Virus record (IMG/VR): IMGVR_UViG_3300042560_001054 | Direction: 5' to 3' (one strand) | Source: an uncultured virus (IMG/VR IMGVR_UViG_3300042560_001054) | Taxonomy: Duplodnaviria; Heunggongvirae; Uroviricota; Caudoviricetes | Length of the DNA: 33,558 nucleotides | Part shown: positions 10,938 through 19,320 of the stretch, piece by piece | How positions within the stretch are numbered: position 1 is the first letter of the stretch | Layout of the letters: each line of letters begins with the position of its first letter | Program-made: the position numbers and the translations under genes | Notes under the pieces: generated by a model | Databases searched by the model: none | What the model was told of the DNA's origin: nothing | What the model saw: only the letters and a program-made list of their open reading frames with translations

Positions 10938-11212
10938 TCGTCTATCTCCTCTGTAGAGAGCCCCATGTTACGGGCTCCAAGAGCGTTTGCCAAAAGCAAA
11001 TCCGCGTCTTCTTCAAAAACTACTTTTGTATTTTTATTCCATAGACCCAGTACTAGGCCTGGTTTAGTAAAAGGAACCCTAAACACCAAACAAACTTTGC
11101 TTTTTCTGTAAGGGAAGTCAGTTTCTTGAGTCCAGCCCTTTTCTACTATTGGTAGAGGGCGACGGTGATAGTACTGAATTACATCTACGTATAGTGGTCC
11201 GAATATTTTCAT
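10931..11212 (-). CDS. Hypothetical protein
   Basis: 93 aa ORF abutting its neighbours. Confidence 0.65.
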   Translation of the reverse strand: MKIFGPLYVDVIQYYHRRPLPIVEKGWTQETDFPYRKSKVCLVFRVPFTKPGLVLGLWNKNTKVVFEEDADLLLANALGARNMGLSTEEIDEW

Positions 11213-11695
11213 CTATTCCTGTTTTCCGAATAGGTACTCGTCCAGGGTAGGTAGCTTAGGTTTAGAACCATACATGTAGTCAGAAAACTCTGAAATATCG
11301 TTCATCTGTTCCCTACGGTGTTTTGGCATACGGGTTACATCTGAAGGGCCCATATCTCCCCAACCGTCTAAACCAGATTCTCTTAAAAATACTCCTTTAG
11401 AGGGAGCGTTAACAAAGTCGTACCACACATCTTCAGGAACTCCTCGGTAATCCCACCAAGTGCCGTCTCTAAAAACAACGGTCATTGTGTTTGTCTTAAA
11501 ATCGTATCCAGCTTTTAACGTTCTTGGCTTAGATGGGTTAGTTGTGGTGGTGGTACGCATAGAGGGGCCACCATCAATTACTTGAAACTCTGGGTCGTTT
11601 TCTTTTGGGTCTTTTAAAAGTTCGTCAATAAAATTTGAGGTGTACCCAGCAGACATCTCTTCCCAAGACGGGATAGTAGGTTTTTTCTTAGCCAT
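11213..11695 (-). CDS. KTSC-domain protein
   Basis: 'AGYDFKTNTMTVVFRDGTWWDYRGVPEDVWYDFVNAPSKGVFL' matches the KTSC pattern. Confidence 0.85.
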   Translation of the reverse strand: MAKKKPTIPSWEEMSAGYTSNFIDELLKDPKENDPEFQVIDGGPSMRTTTTTNPSKPRTLKAGYDFKTNTMTVVFRDGTWWDYRGVPEDVWYDFVNAPSKGVFLRESGLDGWGDMGPSDVTRMPKHRREQMNDISEFSDYMYGSKPKLPTLDEYLFGKQE

Positions 11696-11958
11696 TAGTT
11701 CTCACATTCATGCAAAGCAGCTTCTTCTTCTACAACTCTAGCATGACAGGCTTTGCACCTAAGATACTTAGGGGGTTTAAAGTTATTTTGAGCCGTAGCT
11801 CCTAAAGGAAGATTATTACCGTTTTCGTCATCTTCTGGTTCGTAATCAAATACTATCTTTGATTCTCTAAAGAGGTGGTCTGGAAAAGGGCCCTTAGCTT
11901 GATAAGCCTTTTCTGGCACGGGATGGGCTTGAACAGCTTTTACCCGTGTTATTTTCAT
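11695..11958 (-). CDS. Hypothetical protein with C-terminal CxxC...HxC zinc-finger-like motif
   Basis: 'RCKACHARV...HEC'; overlapping start/stop codons. Confidence 0.65.
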   Translation of the reverse strand: MKITRVKAVQAHPVPEKAYQAKGPFPDHLFRESKIVFDYEPEDDENGNNLPLGATAQNNFKPPKYLRCKACHARVVEEEAALHECEN

Positions 11959-12221
11959 GCTTCCTCTTCTGTTGGCTCCTCAGTAGATTCTACAGTAACT
12001 TCTGTAGTTGTAGGTTTACTTGCTGCTTTTTTAGTTGTTTTCTTTGGCTCTTCTACAATCGTAGCATTTCCAGGTTTGGAAGTTCCAGTTAGTGGTAACT
12101 GCCCAGATAATGCTCGCACCTGTAGATGCGGTGGAAGACACAGCGGGCAGTAACTTATTGGGTTAGCACCTTTGTCCGCCAGAGTGAACTCAGCATTATT
12201 TGGGCAGTTTACACATTTCAT
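11955..12221 (-). CDS. Hypothetical protein with N-terminal CxxC..CxxC
   Basis: 'KCVNC...YCPLC' followed by a low-complexity tail. Confidence 0.65.
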   Translation of the reverse strand: MKCVNCPNNAEFTLADKGANPISYCPLCLPPHLQVRALSGQLPLTGTSKPGNATIVEEPKKTTKKAASKPTTTEVTVESTEEPTEEEA

Positions 12222-12225
12222 GTTT

Positions 12226-12429
12226 TTACTTGGCTCCTGTGCCGAATGCTGCGTCGGAAGGGTTTAGGTAACGAAGTAGTACTGGGAGAATTGCTACAAC
12301 ACCTGCGGTGAGGATAGCTTTTACTCCTTCTAGGTCAAGGCTAAATACGTCTCCACCTGTGGCAACAAATGCGGAAAGTGCTGCAGCCAAGAACGAACGT
12401 GACCATGAGGCCAACATTGCTTTATTCAT
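12226..12429 (-). CDS. Holin-like two-TM protein
   Basis: 67 aa, two hydrophobic segments, 'LRYLNPSDAAFG' tail typical of actinophage holins. Confidence 0.7.
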   Translation of the reverse strand: MNKAMLASWSRSFLAAALSAFVATGGDVFSLDLEGVKAILTAGVVAILPVLLRYLNPSDAAFGTGAK

Positions 12430-12511
12430 TTATTTCTCTACCTTTCGAGGCACAACTAGGTAGTGCCTGCACAATTAGTCTGCCTGATTTATAAGTTAAT
12501 GTCAAGCCCAA

Positions 12512-12760
12512 CTAGTTTGAGGATTCTTCAATATGTTGGGTAAACCGGCCCTCTAAGCGTGCCATTGAAATTTTTTGTTCTGTTACATCTCTACTAATCT
12601 GGTTTAACTGGTCCTTCATTGAGCTTCCACCATTCGGTTTCAATTCGGACAAATAGCCTTTTAACCAACTCTTTAATAACCAATTAGTTATTGTAATTGT
12701 GAATAGTGCAAACGTAGCAAAACTAGCTAAAGTTTGAGCCCACTGTAAAACTGTCATCAA
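12512..12760 (-). CDS. Membrane protein (single TM plus coiled coil), lysis-cassette type
   Basis: N-terminal TM followed by 'ELKPNGGSSMKDQLNQI'. Confidence 0.7.
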   Translation of the reverse strand: MMTVLQWAQTLASFATFALFTITITNWLLKSWLKGYLSELKPNGGSSMKDQLNQISRDVTEQKISMARLEGRFTQHIEESSN

Positions 12761-12891
12761 AGTATTTCCTGTCTAAAAGGCGTTATACGCAGTGTAGAAA
12801 AAAGTTTGTCATAAAAACACACCTTTGTCACGCTATTCAACTTGACATATGTACGTAACTCAGTGTTTCCTTGTACTAAGGAGGAAATCAA

Positions 12892-13458
12892 ATGCTTTTG
12901 TTTAAGAACATAGCGCCAGAGTCAAAAGGATTAGGAGCCATGGCAATGTCCATGGTTTTAGTAGTCGTGATGACAGTAAACGCAACTGGCTCATCGCAAG
13001 CCGCATCCGAGCTTGCAGATGCAAAAGATATGGGTTCTGTCCAGGTAGTTACACTAAGTGATTACTCAGATAAGACCTCACTCACGGACACGGAGTTAAA
13101 GGAACTTTTGACTCTTGTCGGATTTAAAGGGTCTGCGCTTAAGACAGCGTGGGCTGTAGCTAAAAAGGAATCCAATGGACGCCCTTTAGCTCACAATAAA
13201 AATGCTAGTACAGGGGACAACTCTTACGGCATTTTTCAAATAAACATGTTAGGCAGCCTCGGTGAGGATAGGAGAGAAAAGTTCTCTCTAGCGACTAACG
13301 CTGATTTATTTAATCCTGTAACAAACGCTCAGATAGCGTTTCATATGACCCAAGGAGGAGAAGACTGGTCCTCTTGGACATATTTGGAAGGAGAACGGTT
13401 TAAGCAATTCTTGCTTGAATATCCAGCGATATTTAATACCAAAAACAATAAGGAGTAA
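12892..13458 (+). CDS. Secreted lysozyme-like/SLT transglycosylase
   Basis: N-terminal signal/TM; 'AVAKKESNG' (catalytic Glu), 'SYGIFQIN', 'LFNPVTNAQIA', 'DWSSW'; AAGGAGG SD. Confidence 0.88.
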   Translation: MLLFKNIAPESKGLGAMAMSMVLVVVMTVNATGSSQAASELADAKDMGSVQVVTLSDYSDKTSLTDTELKELLTLVGFKGSALKTAWAVAKKESNGRPLAHNKNASTGDNSYGIFQINMLGSLGEDRREKFSLATNADLFNPVTNAQIAFHMTQGGEDWSSWTYLEGERFKQFLLEYPAIFNTKNNKE

Positions 13459-13459
13459 T

Positions 13460-13723
13460 ATGGCTAAAGCACCAGGTTTTGACGGTACGCAACCCTGCGC
13501 TACTGTAAACGGAGACATGTTTTTCCCCGAAACTGGTTCTGAAACTATAGAAATAAAACCTGTATTAACTAAGATATGCAATAGTTGCCAGTTCCAAACA
13601 CCTTGTTTACAGTACGCGTTAGAAAACGCTGTTCAAGGTTTTTGGGCTGGCACTGTTGAACGTGAGAGACGCCTTATGCGTAGACGTTTAAAGATTGCAG
13701 TTAAGCCGCTAGTTTATTACTAA
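13460..13723 (+). CDS. whiB: WhiB-family Fe-S transcription factor
   Basis: Start corrected to ATG 13460 after AAGGAG; four Cys (C...CxxC-x5-C), 'DMFFPE', 'GFWAG' turn, basic tail. Confidence 0.92.
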   Translation: MAKAPGFDGTQPCATVNGDMFFPETGSETIEIKPVLTKICNSCQFQTPCLQYALENAVQGFWAGTVERERRLMRRRLKIAVKPLVYY

Positions 13724-13725
13724 AA

Positions 13726-14475
13726 TTACCGTTTTTGATGGTCGTCATACGGGTTTCCCCAAGCGTCTATACCTTTAAAATAAAGACGACCAGCTGTGTG
13801 GTTTTTAAGAACATCTTCATAAGTTCTTAATCTTCCGTATTCAGCGTTTGTCCTGTGTTCTTCAGAAATAACGTCATCATTAAATAAGTCTTTGTCAAAT
13901 GCTATTGAAAATTCGTCTGCAAAATATCTAGGTATTGGTATAAACGCACCTATAGGTTCACCAGCTTTAAAGTTCACCCTAATACCTGGCTTAGTCATTT
14001 TTAAATTAAAAGTAAAATCTCTTTGTAAGTTATCAGTTTCAATAACACCCGTCATATGAGTTATGCCGTGTTTAACGAAGTTAGGCGGGGAAATTGTCAT
14101 TAAGTTAACTCCTGGAGGAGTCCTATAATGCCACGAGTTTTGAACTGTTACTATCCCTGAACCAAAATGCCCGTCGTATTTTTGAACTGTTGGCTTCTCG
14201 TCTACGTAGTCAACCGTTACTCCGTGAGGGTTTACGTCTCCGGTCCAATAAACAGAAAAATCTATTTCAGCTTTCACTATGAACCCATATTGATTTCCAA
14301 TATTTAAAGGTAAACAGTAATAAAAATGGTCTGTAAACCAATCTCTTTTAAAATTTCCGTCTAAAGACTCTAGTAGCGGAGAAACTTGTTCCTTTTGAAT
14401 TCCACGGTTAGGAACCACTACAAGAGTGTTAGTTGGAACTTTAAAACCCTCACTATTTATACTTGGGGGTTTCAT
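13726..14475 (-). CDS. DUF6065-like protein (dUTPase-like fold suspected)
   Basis: 'YYCLPLNIGNQYGF', 'SGIVT', 'RTPPGVNL', 'TGVIETD', 'GEPIGAFIPIPR'; recognised from memory. Confidence 0.7.
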   Translation of the reverse strand: MKPPSINSEGFKVPTNTLVVVPNRGIQKEQVSPLLESLDGNFKRDWFTDHFYYCLPLNIGNQYGFIVKAEIDFSVYWTGDVNPHGVTVDYVDEKPTVQKYDGHFGSGIVTVQNSWHYRTPPGVNLMTISPPNFVKHGITHMTGVIETDNLQRDFTFNLKMTKPGIRVNFKAGEPIGAFIPIPRYFADEFSIAFDKDLFNDDVISEEHRTNAEYGRLRTYEDVLKNHTAGRLYFKGIDAWGNPYDDHQKR

Positions 14476-14478
14476 TTA

Positions 14479-15072
14479 TTAAATCGGAAGTCTATCCGCA
14501 TGGTTGGCGTCTAAAGTCCAAAAAGAAGCAACAGTTAGGCGCAACCCAGAAGTTACTTTGGAAACTCCGTGCATATATTCGGTGCTTCCAGGAAACGTAA
14601 CCATGGTCCCTGGTTCTGGAATTAATTCCAATTCGTGGTCTGGAAAATATATTTTTCCGCCTTCGTATTCACTATTTAAATACACAATAGATGCGTAGTC
14701 ACGCCAGCCATAAGGATGTGGAGTGCCGTCTTGGTTTTCTGAATCAGCATGTGGTAACTGCTCATTACCAGGTAACCAACGCACTAGTTGAAGAGTGTCT
14801 GAATAAAGAGGTACCCCTAAGTTTCTAATTTTTATAATGTGGTCTTTAATTCTCATTCTTATTTCAACAAGAGTTTTGTATACCAATAGGTCTTCTGACT
14901 TACCAAAGTTTTCTTTATCAGCGACTAGAGTTCCAGCATGTACGTATCTATTATGCCAATTTGGTGATGGGTCAGACTTGTCCCACTTGTCAGATTCGTT
15001 TAATTTAAGAGCGTAGTTAACTAGTAAGTTAAGTTCTTCTTGTGAAACAAAATTAGGATTTTGAGAAATCAT
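14479..15072 (-). CDS. 2OG-Fe(II) oxygenase, prolyl-hydroxylase-like
   Basis: HxD 'PHADS', 'RDYASIVYLNSEYEGG', distal His 'MHGVSKV', 2OG-binding Arg 'GLRLT'. Confidence 0.92.
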   Translation of the reverse strand: MISQNPNFVSQEELNLLVNYALKLNESDKWDKSDPSPNWHNRYVHAGTLVADKENFGKSEDLLVYKTLVEIRMRIKDHIIKIRNLGVPLYSDTLQLVRWLPGNEQLPHADSENQDGTPHPYGWRDYASIVYLNSEYEGGKIYFPDHELELIPEPGTMVTFPGSTEYMHGVSKVTSGLRLTVASFWTLDANHADRLPI

Positions 15073-15497
15073 GATGAGCTCCTAGCTACTGCTCCCCATT
15101 TTCCAACAGGACAATAGGCGTCTGCTAACTTGGTTTTTGCTTGCATAAAACAACCACATTTTTTACAAGTTTTAGTTAGTTTAATTAAAAACTCACAATT
15201 TAAACATGTTTCAAATCTATTTTGAGCGGTTTCTTCATCTGTATAGTTGTCTTTGTTTAACATGTCCCAAGGTTTTACAGTCCTCTTTTTAGCCTCTTCT
15301 TCTTTAAGAGGGGAGCAATCAAACTCTCCGTCCGAGTGCCTGCAACCAACAGAAACCTCTGGTTTGTCTGTTAGGTCTACGATTGTTGGGTTGTTAAGTA
15401 GGATTGACCCTAAACGTGCGGGTGTTCCAATAAACTCAACAACTTCGCCTTCTAATACAAACCCTACTCGTTTTGAGCCTTCTGGTAATTGGTCCAT
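15069..15497 (-). CDS. Cys-cluster protein (DUF6171-like C-terminus)
   Basis: 'RFETCLNC...CKKCGCFM..KT.L...CPVGKW'. Confidence 0.7.
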   Translation of the reverse strand: MDQLPEGSKRVGFVLEGEVVEFIGTPARLGSILLNNPTIVDLTDKPEVSVGCRHSDGEFDCSPLKEEEAKKRTVKPWDMLNKDNYTDEETAQNRFETCLNCEFLIKLTKTCKKCGCFMQAKTKLADAYCPVGKWGAVARSSS

Positions 15498-15538
15498 GTA
15501 GTTCTCCTATACGTTGATAAGTTAATTGTATACCACTG

Positions 15539-16129
15539 TTATAAAAGAGGTAGCCATTTTTGAGGGTACTGTTTTTCTAGTAAAGGTATGGGAGCTATGC
15601 TAAACGTTAAAATTTTAACGTTTTCTTCCCCGTATATAATTCGTTTTCCAGCTTCAAATAAAAGGATAGTTCCTTTAGGAGTGGAATATTTATCTCCATT
15701 AACAGAGGTAATAGACTCTTCAGAAGACTCAATAAAATAAACGCCAGAAAAACAAGGGACGCTCACTCCACCCATGTCATACCAGACATCAGTTCTTACA
15801 TTGTCTGAATAATCTGATGAAAGATAGTAACCAGATTTGCTACTTAAATCATAGTAGGGAAGGGCTTCAATAAGTAGGCCTCTAATTACCTGCAAAGCCT
15901 TGTTAATATTCCTATTGTAGGCGCCAAAATAATTCTTTGAATCCGGGTTTTCTACAGGAATGTGCCCTAGAAAATCGGCTTTTACACCACTGTTAAATTT
16001 ATAAACTTCATCAGGAGGGTACACCTTGTTTATTACTGCTTCTAATATGTTTTTAGGGTCAGAGGCCCCTATAAATACTTTAAAAGGCTGCAGTTCCCTA
16101 TTTAACAGGACTTCCTCTAGGTTACCCAT
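15539..16129 (-). CDS. Degenerate 2OG-oxygenase/DSBH-like protein lacking metal-binding His
   Basis: 'VWYD...FSGVYFI...GTILLFEAG...ILTFSIAP' has the strand pattern of 2OG oxygenases, but no His at the ligand positions; start probably ATG 16129. Confidence 0.5.
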   Translation of the reverse strand: MGNLEEVLLNRELQPFKVFIGASDPKNILEAVINKVYPPDEVYKFNSGVKADFLGHIPVENPDSKNYFGAYNRNINKALQVIRGLLIEALPYYDLSSKSGYYLSSDYSDNVRTDVWYDMGGVSVPCFSGVYFIESSEESITSVNGDKYSTPKGTILLFEAGKRIIYGEENVKILTFSIAPIPLLEKQYPQKWLPLL

Positions 16130-16646
16130 TAAATCCCCCAATTCTTTGACCAAACCATATCACAGGGGTTGCCGGGTCTCTAGGAGGCTCTTGTTCAGGC
16201 ATGGAAACTCTACCCCCAGGAGTTGGGCTATTAGGGTTGTTATGACTCATTAGTTTGACTAGTGTTCCGTATAGTCTATTAGTTATAGGACTTCTGTTTC
16301 TAGTTCCCTCTAAAAGTATGCCCCCAGCATTGTTATAAAATACTGAACGCAATACGCTAGCTAAGAACTTCCAATACCCACGTCTTCTATATATAGGATT
16401 TGTGTACATTCTATTTGACTCAACAGTTTTGTTAAGCTCTGTGTAGGAGCCTCTTTGGTCAGGGGCTTGTATCGTATACATGTCAGGGTATTCGTTTGGA
16501 GTAAACTGAGAAAATATAATGGTTCCGTTTGGATATTTGTTATTTTTGTAAAGTCCTATAGATAGTTTAACAAATTCATGATTTACAAAACAAGCGTGAA
16601 TCCAAGAATCGCCTAGCTCTGTAGGATATTGGGACAAGTTCATCAT
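16122..16646 (-). CDS. GNAT-like acyltransferase
   Basis: 'RMYTNPIYRRRGYWKFL' resembles the GNAT acetyl-CoA-binding motif A. Confidence 0.5.
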   Translation of the reverse strand: MMNLSQYPTELGDSWIHACFVNHEFVKLSIGLYKNNKYPNGTIIFSQFTPNEYPDMYTIQAPDQRGSYTELNKTVESNRMYTNPIYRRRGYWKFLASVLRSVFYNNAGGILLEGTRNRSPITNRLYGTLVKLMSHNNPNSPTPGGRVSMPEQEPPRDPATPVIWFGQRIGGFNG

Positions 16647-16699
16647 AGAGTGTCCGTCAATTGTTACTGGAGATATAGTAGTCGTAATTGTTAGGTCTC

Positions 16700-18763
16700 C
16701 TAAATATCTACAGAATCATGCACCAATAAGTGTTCAGTGTAAAACACATCGTATGGTTCACAGTCTATTGAGACAACCTCATGGGGTATGTCACCAGTTT
16801 TAAGATACTTTATGTCTTCCCAACTACTGGTTTGATAGTTGTATACCTTGTCACTAATCGAAACTTCTGTAGACAAAACAAACAGTGCTTTAGCTCCTTT
16901 TTTAACTAACACATAGTGTGTGTCAGAGAACAAATCATTGTTTATTACCACACCTCTAGCAGCAGTTCTTCTAGTAATACTCGTAACTGTTGTTTCCACG
17001 GTAGTAAACACTGGATTTTTATCTGACCAATTTATGGCAGCCAAAGTAGACCCAGGTAAGTCTTCATAAGGAAAGCCTTCAATATCAGCAGATAGTAGGA
17101 CATCTCCTACCTCAATACTTCCGGCAACAACTAATCCGTCTGGGGTTCTTAAAAAAGTGTTTACACCAATTGATTTAATTCCAGGAGGTGGGAGAGGAGG
17201 TAGGTCTATAGGAGGTGGAGGAGGTTCAGACGGTGGTGGAGGTGGTGGTGGAGGAGGTGGTGGTGGAGGAGGAGGACTCTCTTGATACGCTCCACCCGTT
17301 GGAATATTTGGACAGCAGTCTGGTGCACAGCACTCAGGTGCGTAAAGGTAAGTTCCATAGTTTACATAATTACAAGTACAACTTGCTGGTGGCGGTGGCG
17401 GTGGCGGAGGTGGTGGAGGAGCACTTGGGCAAGTAAAAGATTCACCGCAAGAAGTAACTGTAATGGTTACAGTTTGACCGCATGACGCTCTGTACTCAGT
17501 GTAAGTATATAGAAATGTGCAACCACCAGGTGGCGGTGGTGGAGGTGGAGGTGGAGGCGGTGTGCCTGATGCAATACAAGGGCCATAAGTGTTATCGCAA
17601 CCAAAATTAGTTATACATACTGTTCTAGTTCCAGAGGTAAAAGTTCCAGATACTGGGTCGTAAATTTGACATGATTCTGTAGATGTTCCTAATGCACAAG
17701 TTACACAATCAAGTGCTGGTGGTGGTGGCGGAGGAGGTGGTGGCGGAGTAGTTCCGGTTGATTGGCAAGCTGGGTACTCATTAGTGTTGTTATAAATGCA
17801 TTGAGTGCTATACCCCGTACCACTAGCAGAAACATTTGTTGCAGATTCTGAGTAACCGCAGTTACCTACACCAGCTCCTGGGGATGAAGTTGTGCATTTC
17901 CAAGAATAAGAATTTTGTTGAACTGATGCTCCTGTGTAGTAATTACCGCAAGGTCCAGACTGTGATGTACTTGTGCAAGGGCTGCAAGGATTAGAAATAT
18001 CAGCAGAAGAGCAATAGCAAGTTCCACCACTAGTAGTTTGTGAACAGTTGTTTGATGGTTGAGGTACACATGCTCCATCTTCAGTGTAATCGCAAGATGC
18101 ATCTGAGTATGCGTACACAGTAGTGTTTCTAGTTCCTGATGCACAAGTTCCATCGCTTCTAGTGCTTGAATAGCTTCCATAGAAAGTTCCGCAATACTGT
18201 CCACCTGTGTACCTGTTGCCACAGGGACCTGTTTGAGATGTACTCGTACAAGGACTACAAGGATTAGATATATCAGCAGAAGAGCAATAGCAAGTTCCAC
18301 CTGTAGTTGTAGCTGCTGGGCAACCACCAGAGCTTGCTCCGCAGTTAGGTTGACTTACGCTTCCTGATGCACCACAAATCCAGTTGCTTGGATTTCCAGA
18401 AAGGTTTTGCCAATAAGAACAACAAGAGTTTACAGTACATCCACCAAAGGGAACTCCATTATCTGTTCCACACACGGCTCCGCCTGCAACAACACTTGAA
18501 CCATTGCAGTAATAAAATCCAATGCTTACGCAAGAAACTAAACCGCTACCGCCGCCGCCGCCAGGAGGAGGAGGTGGAGGAGGAGGTGGAGGAGGTGGAG
18601 GAGGAGGAGGAGGAGGAGGTGGAGCAGCGGGAAAAGATTGACGCCAAACACCATTAGCTTTTACATAAGTATTAGTAACAGCTTTCCAAACACCATCAAC
18701 TTTTACATAATAAGCAGATGCTGCTTGCCAGCCACTTGGTGTCTTGACGTAACCGTGTGACAT
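16700..18763 (-). CDS. Poly-Pro/Cys-rich fibre-like protein with C-terminal Hint-like domain
   Basis: N-terminal 'YVKVDGVWK' fibre-type repeats, five poly-Pro tracts, Cys-rich modules, C-terminal 'SIGVNTFLRTPDG...IEVGDVLLS...VSIDCEPYDVFYTEHLLVHDS'. Confidence 0.8.
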   Translation of the reverse strand: MSHGYVKTPSGWQAASAYYVKVDGVWKAVTNTYVKANGVWRQSFPAAPPPPPPPPPPPPPPPPPPPPGGGGGSGLVSCVSIGFYYCNGSSVVAGGAVCGTDNGVPFGGCTVNSCCSYWQNLSGNPSNWICGASGSVSQPNCGASSGGCPAATTTGGTCYCSSADISNPCSPCTSTSQTGPCGNRYTGGQYCGTFYGSYSSTRSDGTCASGTRNTTVYAYSDASCDYTEDGACVPQPSNNCSQTTSGGTCYCSSADISNPCSPCTSTSQSGPCGNYYTGASVQQNSYSWKCTTSSPGAGVGNCGYSESATNVSASGTGYSTQCIYNNTNEYPACQSTGTTPPPPPPPPPPALDCVTCALGTSTESCQIYDPVSGTFTSGTRTVCITNFGCDNTYGPCIASGTPPPPPPPPPPPGGCTFLYTYTEYRASCGQTVTITVTSCGESFTCPSAPPPPPPPPPPPASCTCNYVNYGTYLYAPECCAPDCCPNIPTGGAYQESPPPPPPPPPPPPPPPSEPPPPPIDLPPLPPPGIKSIGVNTFLRTPDGLVVAGSIEVGDVLLSADIEGFPYEDLPGSTLAAINWSDKNPVFTTVETTVTSITRRTAARGVVINNDLFSDTHYVLVKKGAKALFVLSTEVSISDKVYNYQTSSWEDIKYLKTGDIPHEVVSIDCEPYDVFYTEHLLVHDSVDI

Positions 18764-18769
18764 TTATAC

Positions 18770-18919
18770 CTAGGCACTCGTATATGTAAGCCAGATATCT
18801 CCGTCTTGACCTACAGTGCTTATTGGTGCACCTGTAGAAACAAAGATGTTGCGGTCGCCGTCGTCGTTGCTTTGAAGGACCGTTGGTCCGTATACAGTAA
18901 CATCACCTTTTCTTGGCAT
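18770..18919 (-). CDS. 49-aa fibre-attachment peptide (not in ORF track)
   Basis: MPRKGDVTVYGPTVLQSNDDGDRNIFVSTGAPISTVGQDGDIWLTYTSA; TAATG overlap with the upstream gene; 'IFVSTGAP..GQDGDIW' fibre motif. Confidence 0.75.
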   Translation of the reverse strand: MPRKGDVTVYGPTVLQSNDDGDRNIFVSTGAPISTVGQDGDIWLTYTSA

Positions 18920-19257
18920 TATGAAATCACAATCCCTGAGATTACTAAGTTAACAGATGTCACTGCAGAAGCTTTTGCGGTTAAAGTTTCGCCAACTGCC
19001 ATAGGCAAATCAACAGCAAAAATAACGTTAGAGTTTGCTCCAACAGATAAGGCGCTTATGATTTTATTAGCTGCGGTCACAGAACCACCGCTGGGTACTA
19101 AGTTAGCGTCTACAGTCACTGGAGAACCAGTTACATTTGTAAACAAAAGTTGCTTTACCACTCGAGTCTCTCCAGAAGGCACTGCTGTGATTACCTGGGT
19201 ATCTGTGGTTGATAGTTGAACTGGGCCTGAAAGGCGGGCTGCGCTAAATGTGGCCAT
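18919..19257 (-). CDS. Small beta-sandwich virion structural protein
   Basis: 112 aa beta-rich, GGAAGGA SD, same pattern as 893..1225. Confidence 0.7.
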   Translation of the reverse strand: MATFSAARLSGPVQLSTTDTQVITAVPSGETRVVKQLLFTNVTGSPVTVDANLVPSGGSVTAANKIISALSVGANSNVIFAVDLPMAVGETLTAKASAVTSVNLVISGIVIS

Positions 19258-19320
19258 TTGAATCCTTCCTAGTGGCTTCCTAAAAGTCTAGGATAGCCGA
19301 TAATCTATTGTTTTAGTTGT

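Noticed and set aside
17215..18657. (GGA/GGT)n tracts as DNA microsatellites, and the overlapping ORFs there
   Set aside because: The tracts use mixed CCN codons encoding poly-Pro in the 687-aa frame; the other ORFs are shadows.
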